IMG/VR virus record: IMGVR_UViG_3300047567_000025
Span: 64,001-128,000 of that record
Source: a virus
Taxonomy: Duplodnaviria; Caudoviricetes
DNA: 64,000 nucleotides
Direction: 5' to 3' (one strand)
Shown: piece by piece, positions 32,849 through 42,435 of the stretch
Position numbering within the stretch: the stretch's first letter is position 1
Layout of the letters: each line of letters starts with the position of its first letter
Position numbers and translations under genes: made by a program
The notes under the pieces: generated by a model
The model's database searches: none
Told to the model about the DNA's origin: nothing
What the model saw: the letters and a program-made list of their open reading frames with translations, nothing else

Positions 32849-33710
32849 AGCTTATTAATCTTTAATTATCTAATATCTTTAATTACTCATCCTTCTTTCA
32901 CTGATGTAATTATCACTATATTACATCAACCCCTACATTATAAAAATATATGTTTAGAAAATAAAAAAATAGAAATAGAAATAGAAATGTAATATTAGCT
33001 TATTTAGTTTTAATTAGTTAATATCACAACTTTTCCATTGATGTAATTATCACTATATTACATCAACCCCTACATTATAAAAATATATGTTTAGAAAATA
33101 AAAAAATAGAAATAGAAATAGAAATGTAATATTAGCTTATTAGCTTATTAATCTTTAATTATCTAATATCCTCACCTCTTTCACTGATGTAATTATCACT
33201 ATATTACATCAACCCCTACATTATAAAAATATATGTTTAGAAAATAAAAAAATAGAAATAGAAATGTAATATTAGCTTATTTAGTTTTAATTAGTTAATA
33301 TCACAACTTTTCCACTGATGTAATTATCACTATATTACATCAACCCCTACATTATAAAAATATATGTTTAGAAAATAAAAAAATAGAAATAGAAATGTAA
33401 TATTAGCTTATTAAGCTTATTAGCTTATTAATCTTTAATTATCTAATATCCTCACCTCTTTCACTGATGTAATTATCACTATATTACATCAACCCCTACA
33501 TTATAAAAATATATGTTTAGAAAATAAAAAAATAGAAATAGAAATGTAATATTAGCTTATTAGCTTATTAGCTTATTAATCTTTAATTATCTAATATCCT
33601 CACCTCTTTCACTGATGTAATTATCACTATATTACATCAACCCCTACATTATAAAAATATATGTTTAGAAAATAAAAAAATAGAAATTAAGAAATAGAAA
33701 TGTAATATTA
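32849..33710. repeat. Six-copy tandem array (131-149 bp period) with an internal 9-bp hairpin; candidate replication origin / iteron array
   Basis: Core TGATGTAATTATCACTATATTACATCAACCCCTACATTATAAAAATATATGTTTAGAAAATAAAAAAATAGAAAT starts at 32902, 33039, 33185, 33316, 33465 and 33613; only two linker types; at the divergence of the main transcription blocks. The repeat is certain, the origin role is inference. Confidence 0.9.
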
Positions 33711-33831
33711 TTTATAATTATTCAATATTTCGATAAAGAATGTTATATTGCTTTTATAAAAACTCACAGATAACTTCTTATGTACTATATTAACATAAGG
33801 AAATTATTATATGAAAAGGAGATAATTGATC

Positions 33832-36303
33832 ATGGCAATTAAAATTAAAATACCACATGAGAAAGATTGTGCTGATACAAAACCATTCAAATTCAGTGAT
33901 TCATTTCTTGATAGTTTTAAGAACATTTCCGACGTATATGACACTTCTCTCAAAGAATTAGATAATGCCATATACAATGATTCGGCTAAATTCGCATATG
34001 GAATTTGTAATTGCACATACAAGCTTAGATATATTACGCCAAACGATATATCTACGTATATATCTTGTTTATCAAAAGGATTAAACAGTTGCATGTTCAC
34101 AACACTTGCTGATATTCACATGTTTACCACAGCATCAATTAAGCGATGCATGGAAGACAACGACTGTTTGTCTTTTGAATCAACTGAGGATATCACGACA
34201 GGCGGAGGTAATAATTTTGGAGGTAAATATGTTAATCCAAAAGAATATACCATGTCGGATCTAATCAATATGTGTAAAGATGATTATATTAATACAATGA
34301 TATGTTCTCGTTATGAAGTGGCCGAGCGTGCAAAAAATGTTAAAGAGATTGCTGATATGTTTAAAAAGATGCGTTTTGGAATAACACTAAAGAATATCGT
34401 TGATAATTTTCCAGTACTTATTAAACAATCAGAATCATTGAAGATGTTGCTTAGTAATCCTAATTGCAAAGAAGTATTCACAACGTTTGTAGAATCATTT
34501 ATTATATTTGCATTTTCGCTGAATATAATAACTATAAAAAGTATAATGGATTATTGCAAACCATCAACAACTTATGATGTCATACCTGAAAATGATAATA
34601 GTAAGAAGCTAATAACAGAATGCTGCCTGCTTAAAACAAATGATATGTGTATTCGTAATAAGATACCATTTAATTGCAATATGCGTGATGTAGTTCTTCA
34701 GGATGTGCATCCTAGATTCAATGATACTAAATCAGCATTACAATTCATTCTTAATGATGCCAGATCTCCTATCAGCATTCTTATTAACAAATATAGCAAA
34801 TGTGAAGGATGTACTTGTCCCATAGATTCAGAATATATTTATCGGATGTTTATTGGTCATACTAAGTTTTCAGATAAAGATAAGATGACAGCAGGTCTAT
34901 GGACTGATAAAAAAGGACATAGTACAGAAAATCCATATGATAAATATTGTGTACATACGAACGTTGAATGGCTTGACAAGATAGCATATGGCAACAATTA
35001 TCTGGATGGAAACTATCGTGATGATGCAGTTGGCAATGAGCACGTTAATCCTATAACAAAAACACTTGATACGATATACAAAATGTTTGGCGGATGTGAG
35101 TTAACATCTAATTCTGATCTTGCTGATAATCTTAAACAAGTAGCATCGATGATGCTCTGTATCATTGATGCATATCCAGAAGAAGGCATTGAAAATTGGG
35201 ATCTTGTTAAAGATATACTTGCTGTATTCGGTGAAATATTTACAAGAAATATGCTAAAATTATATTATAATAATACAAGAGTATTCGTATTCGATGATAA
35301 ATCGGAAGATACAATGGTCCCGGGATACCTATACACGGAAAGTTATTATATGGAAGCTGATGATAAAACAGCGACAACTGTATCATTTAAGAACCCAGAT
35401 GGTTCAGATATTGCAGGTGGCTCTTCTGCTAAACTCGTAATCGGTAATGCTAATCGTAGATTTACAGATTGGGTAAGAAATACATTATCAAAGTTTTTCA
35501 CAAAGTTTAATGAAAATCATAAAATGGAAATTGATTATATTTCCAAAAATGATGAGATGAACAAAAATATTGCTACTGCAATTACCAATGGATCTTTTGT
35601 TCCGGTTGTCTCTAACTTTCCAAAATTTAAAGTTCCTGCTGGAGAGTTATCACGAGTTAATATCAGTAATATCGTAACAAAGTATATGTCATCTAAAAAT
35701 GCAATAGATGAAAAATCTGTTCTCAAAGAAATGCTACCTACTGGAATTGGTGATGCAGCAATTTCTACGATGGTTAATGATGAGAATACTGCTAAAGAAT
35801 ATATAACGAATTATATATTATATTCAACGACAAACAAACCCGACAGTTATACAGGAAAATTAACGGTTGATTTATGGAATGACTTGCTTGATAATATTAA
35901 AGGATCACCGAAATTAATTGAAACAGAATCAAAAGCTATTTCAGATGATTTAGCAAAAGCATGCGAAATGTTAAATAGTAAGATAAACGAAACTGCCAAT
36001 AATAGCCAAACTAAGGATGCAAATGCAAATGCAACAGCTGAAACTGATAATGCGCAAACATTATTGACTATCGTGCAAAAAATTTCTAGAATATATCAGA
36101 CAAATATGCTGAATACATTCAATAGCAAATTATTTGGTTCATGTTACAAAATATATCGTGATATTGTCGCTGGATATAAGCAGCAAGGCTCTCCAGTTAA
36201 ACAAGCAACGCCAGCACCAGCACAGCAACAGCAGTCGGCAACATCAAATACAAATAGCAATAATACACAAGCAAACAAGGAAGACATTAGTGTACCCGTA
36301 TAA
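33832..36303 (+). CDS. Large virion/head protein
   Basis: ~823 aa; YYMEAD and LITEC Glu motifs; first gene of the plus-strand block containing head paralogs. Confidence 0.45.
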   Translation: MAIKIKIPHEKDCADTKPFKFSDSFLDSFKNISDVYDTSLKELDNAIYNDSAKFAYGICNCTYKLRYITPNDISTYISCLSKGLNSCMFTTLADIHMFTTASIKRCMEDNDCLSFESTEDITTGGGNNFGGKYVNPKEYTMSDLINMCKDDYINTMICSRYEVAERAKNVKEIADMFKKMRFGITLKNIVDNFPVLIKQSESLKMLLSNPNCKEVFTTFVESFIIFAFSLNIITIKSIMDYCKPSTTYDVIPENDNSKKLITECCLLKTNDMCIRNKIPFNCNMRDVVLQDVHPRFNDTKSALQFILNDARSPISILINKYSKCEGCTCPIDSEYIYRMFIGHTKFSDKDKMTAGLWTDKKGHSTENPYDKYCVHTNVEWLDKIAYGNNYLDGNYRDDAVGNEHVNPITKTLDTIYKMFGGCELTSNSDLADNLKQVASMMLCIIDAYPEEGIENWDLVKDILAVFGEIFTRNMLKLYYNNTRVFVFDDKSEDTMVPGYLYTESYYMEADDKTATTVSFKNPDGSDIAGGSSAKLVIGNANRRFTDWVRNTLSKFFTKFNENHKMEIDYISKNDEMNKNIATAITNGSFVPVVSNFPKFKVPAGELSRVNISNIVTKYMSSKNAIDEKSVLKEMLPTGIGDAAISTMVNDENTAKEYITNYILYSTTNKPDSYTGKLTVDLWNDLLDNIKGSPKLIETESKAISDDLAKACEMLNSKINETANNSQTKDANANATAETDNAQTLLTIVQKISRIYQTNMLNTFNSKLFGSCYKIYRDIVAGYKQQGSPVKQATPAPAQQQQSATSNTNSNNTQANKEDISVPV

Positions 36304-36330
36304 TTTTAAAACGAAAGGAGAATATATCTA

Positions 36331-38724
36331 ATGGATTTAAATAGTACATCAAGTAGCATGCTTTCGTCAACAGACATGCAATTGGCTATTGACAAAGCTA
36401 TTAGCGAATCAGATAATATAGTATCAGCACTCGAAGCTGTTGGTGCAATGTATGGAATTCCTTCAACAAATATACTTATCGATGATAGTCTTAATAACCT
36501 CAAGGTGGTCAATGATTGTGTTTGCGCTCCTTCGCATATTACAAATGTAGCCGGTAACAAAAAAGCTATCATGTGTGCGATCGGTAGTGTTCTTGATTTT
36601 ATATCGCAGAGGGTAGATGATAAACTCGATAATTATCAGCTGAATAATATCAGCAAAGGTAAAATTGATGATTCTATTCGAATAAATGCAAATCCATCAA
36701 AAGGAAATGCTATTGCGCGTTATGAGGACAGCAATGGTGATGAAATCCTCGTATATGATTCAGGATTAGTTGACACTGCAAATACCCCAGAAGCATATGA
36801 AAAAATTAAGCAACTTCGCCAAGATATGAAAATACCAGAGCATGATAATATAATGAATAAAGCATCATATTTTAATGATGAAGATGATATATCAGCTGAT
36901 ACTACATCATCAACAGATGACATTAGTGATGATAGCACTACTGATGTCTCTGACGATATTCAAGAATCAGCAATGATACTTGATCTTATTGACCATTTTA
37001 ATGGGACTCGATATCTTGGATATGATCTGCTTCAGGAACAAGGCTTTGATTATATAAGACCAATAACATCTATTGTTCAAGAGTCATCATCAGAAAAGAG
37101 TAATAAGAATATTATATCAGCCGAGGATATTAAATACATGAAGTTTGACAATACAAACATCATTAATGCTATTAAATATTTTAATGAAGCTCGTGCTGAA
37201 CAGCCATATGCTAAAAAAGGTCATTTTGATATTAAGAAATTTATTAATTCAGAGAATTACAATAAAGCAATAGATTGTCTCAACAAACAGTTCAATGCAA
37301 AAATTAATGTGCGATTTGCTCAACCGGATCGCAATGTTTCTCAATTGTATACAAGCATCTGGAGTGATGTTCGTCATAATCTAACAATATCAAAATCAAA
37401 GGGATTTCAGTTGAATGGGTTGCCTATTGATATTTTCGTTATTGGAAAATCGATTGATGAAGATGCACCTGATGATATATCATTATTTGGTCAAAATGTG
37501 GTTTCTACATTTTGTCATGAAATATTTCATAATATAGCAGCTGTTCTACGAGAGAAAACAACGACGACTATGCAATCTCTTAATTTGGCACTAATGATAG
37601 CGTCTGGACAAAATAATGCAAAGAATCGACGTATCGTTATTTCAAATTATGTCAACTCTCTTGATGAATTTAATGGAAAAAAATTAAATCGTTTAACAAA
37701 GAGAATCCTTGTAAAGAATCTAGTTGTAATAACAGCCGTACAACATGACCAAAATGCACTTAACGAATTAGAGACAACCATTCGTGATTCAAATGGTGCA
37801 AATGCAAACAAAGATATTGATAACTTAATTAAAAAATATACTAAAATCATTAAACGTAACAAGCCTTCCGTAAAAGGATATGCTATTAAAGGTCTCCTCA
37901 TGGCAACATCAATTATACTATTTTATTTCAATCCATTTGCAGCAGCAGGAATTCAGTCTGAATTATTCGCAGGTATTGCTGGTTTACTAGGACTGACAAC
38001 TGCTGGTCAAATAACGAACGACATATCGACAATGGCACTCAGAAGGATGTATGAATCGTCAAATCATTATGAAGAATTTTATTGTGACATGTTTGCTGGA
38101 ATGTATAAATTACCTATAACATTCTTTATTGGTACAAAGCGAGAGTTTACTCCTAACGATGTTGACAAAGACCATTTAAATAGACTAGCTAACGTTGAAA
38201 AAGAGTTTTATTCAACACTAATGGCATCTTATCCAACTATGATGGAAAGAAACTATACTGGTGTTCGTATTGCAAAAAATCTTCTTGAAAATGGCGATGA
38301 TCTTGATCCATCAATAAAGAAATATTGTCAGTGGATAGTTGATAATTTTTCTTCAACACTTGATACTGATATTGGAGAGATATATAATCAGAACACATTC
38401 GATCCAAAGACAGCTGATGATCTTGATACACATTTGCAGCAGCTTATTGATAAAAATAGTATTGTACTTTCAGAGTCTTTTGTTACGTGGATTGGTGATA
38501 CCTCATCTGTTATTATGGAATCAGACGAGCGTGTCAATGACAAAGGCACTCCTGTTCCTGAGAAATGTCCAATATGTGGTAGTAAAGTAGGAGTATATCT
38601 CAGGGGTGAACCTGTTTGGTTATGTACCAATAAGAAATGCAATAAATATTTCGGTACATTACCTTTTCAAGAAGGATATGAAGAAACATCACAGCCAATA
38701 ATTACACATAAAAGGAGATATTAA
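36331..38724 (+). CDS. Virion zinc metallopeptidase (HExxH + downstream E) with hydrophobic hairpin and C-terminal Zn ribbon
   Basis: FCHEIFHNI and EEFYCDMFA (gluzincin-type); CPICG...WLCTNKKC; DIQES, IVQES and PFQEG motifs. Confidence 0.65.
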   Translation: MDLNSTSSSMLSSTDMQLAIDKAISESDNIVSALEAVGAMYGIPSTNILIDDSLNNLKVVNDCVCAPSHITNVAGNKKAIMCAIGSVLDFISQRVDDKLDNYQLNNISKGKIDDSIRINANPSKGNAIARYEDSNGDEILVYDSGLVDTANTPEAYEKIKQLRQDMKIPEHDNIMNKASYFNDEDDISADTTSSTDDISDDSTTDVSDDIQESAMILDLIDHFNGTRYLGYDLLQEQGFDYIRPITSIVQESSSEKSNKNIISAEDIKYMKFDNTNIINAIKYFNEARAEQPYAKKGHFDIKKFINSENYNKAIDCLNKQFNAKINVRFAQPDRNVSQLYTSIWSDVRHNLTISKSKGFQLNGLPIDIFVIGKSIDEDAPDDISLFGQNVVSTFCHEIFHNIAAVLREKTTTTMQSLNLALMIASGQNNAKNRRIVISNYVNSLDEFNGKKLNRLTKRILVKNLVVITAVQHDQNALNELETTIRDSNGANANKDIDNLIKKYTKIIKRNKPSVKGYAIKGLLMATSIILFYFNPFAAAGIQSELFAGIAGLLGLTTAGQITNDISTMALRRMYESSNHYEEFYCDMFAGMYKLPITFFIGTKREFTPNDVDKDHLNRLANVEKEFYSTLMASYPTMMERNYTGVRIAKNLLENGDDLDPSIKKYCQWIVDNFSSTLDTDIGEIYNQNTFDPKTADDLDTHLQQLIDKNSIVLSESFVTWIGDTSSVIMESDERVNDKGTPVPEKCPICGSKVGVYLRGEPVWLCTNKKCNKYFGTLPFQEGYEETSQPIITHKRRY

Positions 38725-38725
38725 A

Positions 38726-39817
38726 ATGGATAGTACTCTTTCTTATACCAGAATTCATGATGACGTCCTCTCATCGATAGATGATATAGATGATGTTGTT
38801 CTCGAATCCGAGTTTAGTGTTCTAAATGCAATGCTTGATTCTTATAACAAAGCAACCATAATCATGGAAAACTATAATGGTGATGCAATTGATTCATTCT
38901 CTATTTTTCAAGAAGAAGGGATTCTTGATGAAGCGACTGGTAAAAAATCAGAAGCATTAATCACCCGAATATTAGCATTTATACCTCGACTTATTATGGC
39001 TATTGGTAAACGACTTATTGGATGTAGTAAAAATGAGGATATAAAAGAAGCAGCTGTTATTATTAAAGATGAGGAAACGAATGAAGCGCCAATGACACCT
39101 GAAGAAAAAACACGTGTTCAGAAATGGCGCGAAGAACATTCTGACAGTACTGTCGACATTGATGGTGCTAAAAATAAATTTTTAAAATTCACTGGAAATA
39201 TTAAAGAAAAATGTCATCTATTATCTGTAACAAAAGATCTGTTCGCAAGAATTCATGAAGTACTTGACAAAGATGAGCCTTCGGCTTATCGAGATCTTAG
39301 CAAAGAATTTAAAGACATCGCATCTAAAAATAAAGGTTTTTCAGCACAAACAGTGTCAATTGCGTTTAGTGCTGCTTCTCAACTTTTTAATGATGCAGGA
39401 CTTCTTGCTGATGAAGCTGGTAGTGCTGCTCTTGAAGCAGGGAAAAAACTCACGGATGTTATCAATGCTAAAATTAATGATCCTAATGCAAATGAAAAAA
39501 CATTAGAAAAACAGATTGCTATAAAAGAATTAGCCGACTCAATAAATGCAGTTGGATCTGTTGCATCTGACACAGTTAAATCTATTAATGACGGTGCTGG
39601 TTTTGTTAAATGGGTATGGGGACATTCAAAGAGTAAATATGAAGGAGGCAAGAAAAAGAAACTTAAAAAAGAAATCGATTCTGTTAAGAAGCAGATCAAA
39701 GCATATGAAAAGAGTAAAGTTGACGCTAAAGAAATTGAGAAGCTTCGTAAAAAACTTGCTGATTATGAAGCTAAACTTGCTAATATGAAGGATGGAAATG
39801 ACAATGACACAGACTGA
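38726..39817 (+). CDS. Inner-head paralog family protein 3
   Basis: DSYNKATIIMENYNGDAIDSFSIFQEE leader; FIPRL. Confidence 0.6.
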   Translation: MDSTLSYTRIHDDVLSSIDDIDDVVLESEFSVLNAMLDSYNKATIIMENYNGDAIDSFSIFQEEGILDEATGKKSEALITRILAFIPRLIMAIGKRLIGCSKNEDIKEAAVIIKDEETNEAPMTPEEKTRVQKWREEHSDSTVDIDGAKNKFLKFTGNIKEKCHLLSVTKDLFARIHEVLDKDEPSAYRDLSKEFKDIASKNKGFSAQTVSIAFSAASQLFNDAGLLADEAGSAALEAGKKLTDVINAKINDPNANEKTLEKQIAIKELADSINAVGSVASDTVKSINDGAGFVKWVWGHSKSKYEGGKKKKLKKEIDSVKKQIKAYEKSKVDAKEIEKLRKKLADYEAKLANMKDGNDNDTD

Positions 39818-41045
39818 AATACTAGAATCAATTGATCAAATCGAAAATGTAATTACTGAATCAGAAGTTAATGTTACATTGGCAATTATAGATTCTTATC
39901 AGAAAGCATTAACCATCATGGAAAACTATAATGGTGATGATTATTCATCATTCTCTATTTTTCAGGAAGGAGCTATTCTTGATGAAGCTAGGGGCGCTAA
40001 AGACGAAAATATGATTAAACGTATTCTTCTTTTTATACCAAGACTTATACAAGCTCTTGGTAAAGCATTAATGAATGTTATCAAAAAGAGTAATACCGAT
40101 ACGTCAAAACAAGAAGCTGTTAAGGATTTTTTTGATAATATGGATCAGTATTCTGATGATACTATTCAAAAAGCTGAAAATGATATTAATGAAAAAATTG
40201 CCGAAACTGGTAAGAAAGTTTCATTTGATAAAAAGAAAAAGACAATGTCTTTCAAAGATATCAATTGGAAATTCCATATTAAGTCAGTATGGTCAGTCGT
40301 AAAAGCAATTAAGCGTCTTAAAGATGAATTTAATCTAAAAGATCCTGAAAATCCGATTAGACAGTTCGTAGATGAATGTAAATCTATTAAGAGTGGCTAT
40401 AAAAAACCCGGACTTGATACAACTGCTTATGGCGCGATCGCATTTGCATCACTTGTACAAGATTTTATAAGTGCTTCAGAAGCATTATCATATACCTCAA
40501 TTGAAGTAAGTACCGCCATGGAAAACATCATTGAACATGATGAAAATAAAGGTGAACTTGCATCTGAAAAGAAACAAAAAGTCTGTGCAAGTGTTAAGCA
40601 GGTATCAAATCAAATAGCAATGGTGCAGGGTGAAATCCTAAATAATATAGAAGTACTTAATACTGTGACATCTGTGATAGAAAAAGTACATTCGACCGCA
40701 AAAACAGTTCTCAACATTGCTTATCCATTTAACAGTATTAATTTATTATTTTCACAGGTATCGAATGAGAATAAGAGTATCGTCGAATTTTTAAAAAATA
40801 ACAGTATTCGACCAAACAAACCACTTACCGATTTGGATAAGAAATACCTTGATGACGCAACAAACTGGATAATTGAAAACGAAAAATATCCAAATGAAAC
40901 AAAGAATGACTATATGAGACGTTACTTCAGAGATGGCATTGAGCGCGGTTCTTTATTACAATTCGCAAAAGATATAAAAGGTGGTATATCTGCTAAGGTC
41001 GACTACTTTATGAAAAAAGCACAAGAAAAACGTGAATCGAGGTGA
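39792..41045 (+). CDS. Inner-head paralog family protein 4
   Basis: DSYQKALTIMENYNGDDYSSFSIFQEG leader; FIPRL; the true start may be a few codons downstream. Confidence 0.6.
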   Translation: MEMTMTQTEILESIDQIENVITESEVNVTLAIIDSYQKALTIMENYNGDDYSSFSIFQEGAILDEARGAKDENMIKRILLFIPRLIQALGKALMNVIKKSNTDTSKQEAVKDFFDNMDQYSDDTIQKAENDINEKIAETGKKVSFDKKKKTMSFKDINWKFHIKSVWSVVKAIKRLKDEFNLKDPENPIRQFVDECKSIKSGYKKPGLDTTAYGAIAFASLVQDFISASEALSYTSIEVSTAMENIIEHDENKGELASEKKQKVCASVKQVSNQIAMVQGEILNNIEVLNTVTSVIEKVHSTAKTVLNIAYPFNSINLLFSQVSNENKSIVEFLKNNSIRPNKPLTDLDKKYLDDATNWIIENEKYPNETKNDYMRRYFRDGIERGSLLQFAKDIKGGISAKVDYFMKKAQEKRESR

Positions 41046-41050
41046 TTAAT

Positions 41051-41134
41051 ATGAAATATGCATCAATTAATGAAGCACCAAATGATGAAATTGGCGCTGA
41101 AACAGAAGCAGAACTTTCAAATGGCAAAGGCTAA
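41051..41134 (+). CDS. 27-aa acidic peptide upstream of the endolysin (MKYASINEAPNDEIGAETEAELSNGKG)
   Basis: GAGGTG RBS, ATG...TAA; not in the ORF track. Confidence 0.4.
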   Translation: MKYASINEAPNDEIGAETEAELSNGKG

Positions 41135-41192
41135 TTAAATTTGCAAATCACATCAGCAATCTTTCAAAAAAATATCAATTGGAGGTATTTAA

Positions 41193-42365
41193 ATGAGTAA
41201 TTCTAGTTTAGCAACATACGTTGCGATATCACCATTCAGGAATGATGATCGTATTGATGACAATGGTATTAAGCATTCTATTAAAAAACTAACATGGCAT
41301 CATATGGCAGGCGTGTTGAGCGTCGAGACATTTGGTAATATCGTAACTAGAGCAGGTGCTGAGATGTCAGCAACATATGCCATTGGCTCTGATGCTAGAG
41401 TTGGAAGATATCTCGATGAAAAAGATAGACCATGGACGTCGTGTTCACCGAGTAATGACTATCAGGCTGTGACAATTGAAATATCTAATTCGTCTATGGG
41501 AGAACCATGGCCGATATCAGATGCCGTGCTTGAGAAAGCAATTGACTTGAGTGTTGATATATGTCAGCGCAATGGTATCAAGAATCTCGTATATACTGGA
41601 GATAGTACAGGTAATTTCACATTTCATTATATGTTTGCTGACACAGCATGTCCGGGAACATATATCAAGAGCAAAGCTAATGAAATTGTCAAGCGTATAA
41701 ATGATAAGCTTAATTCATCCGCAAAAGTATCATCACCTACAATTGTAAAAGTAACTTCTTCTTCAAATCCTAAAGCATACAAAAAAGACGACCTCGTAAG
41801 TATTTCAGCAGATGCAACATACTATACAGGTGATTCTATACCAGGCTGGGTAAAATCACAAAAATGGCATATCTCTGAAATATCAGGAGACAGGGTTGTT
41901 CTTGGTAAAAATGAAAGCGGCGATCGAGATATTCAGTCTCCTATAAGCACTAAATTTCTGATTGGTCAGACAGCACCGGCAGCATCACCGTCATTCAAGC
42001 CGTATGTTGTTGGTCTTGCTGCATCAACACCAATTTATACTGATGCATCAGGAGCTAAAGTTTCAGGTAGAATTAATCCTGATGGTGTTTATACAATAAT
42101 AGCAGAACAAGTAACTCGTGGTATAAAGTATGGTAAACTTAAGTCTGGTGCAGGCTGGGTTAACCTCAGTACTAAGTTTGATCCAACAATACATGTTGGT
42201 GATAACGTAAGAGTTACATCAGCAATTCAGTATAATGGTAATCCATTCAAAGTATATGTATCGTCATATAAAGTTCTTCAGCTAGATGGTAATCGAGCTG
42301 TAATTTCATCTGATGGTAAAAATGTTACAGCAGCAGTTAATACAGCTAACCTTCAGAAACTTTAA
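41193..42365 (+). CDS. Endolysin: N-acetylmuramoyl-L-alanine amidase (Amidase_2) with C-terminal cell-wall-binding domains
   Basis: TWHHMAG, SATYAIG, VTIEISN and HYMFADTACPG zinc-amidase motifs; SH3-like YGKLKSGAGWVNL. Confidence 0.9.
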   Translation: MSNSSLATYVAISPFRNDDRIDDNGIKHSIKKLTWHHMAGVLSVETFGNIVTRAGAEMSATYAIGSDARVGRYLDEKDRPWTSCSPSNDYQAVTIEISNSSMGEPWPISDAVLEKAIDLSVDICQRNGIKNLVYTGDSTGNFTFHYMFADTACPGTYIKSKANEIVKRINDKLNSSAKVSSPTIVKVTSSSNPKAYKKDDLVSISADATYYTGDSIPGWVKSQKWHISEISGDRVVLGKNESGDRDIQSPISTKFLIGQTAPAASPSFKPYVVGLAASTPIYTDASGAKVSGRINPDGVYTIIAEQVTRGIKYGKLKSGAGWVNLSTKFDPTIHVGDNVRVTSAIQYNGNPFKVYVSSYKVLQLDGNRAVISSDGKNVTAAVNTANLQKL

Positions 42366-42383
42366 TTATTAAAATGATTATAA

Positions 42384-42407
42384 TGTACCGGGGTTTCCCC
42401 CGGTACA
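42384..42407 (+). terminator. Hairpin terminator
   Basis: tgtaccgggg-tttc-ccccggtaca after the endolysin. Confidence 0.75.
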
Positions 42408-42435
42408 ATTATAATTAAAGAAAGGATTTCTAATT

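Noticed and set aside
32849-33710. CRISPR array
   Set aside because: Cores are ~70 bp, linkers are of only two recurring types rather than unique spacers, and no cas gene is present
32849-33710. Type III antitoxin (ToxI-like) or TIGR-like guide array
   Set aside because: The ~140-bp period is much longer than those units, there are no variable guide segments, and no ToxN-like or Nop-domain neighbour is recognisable
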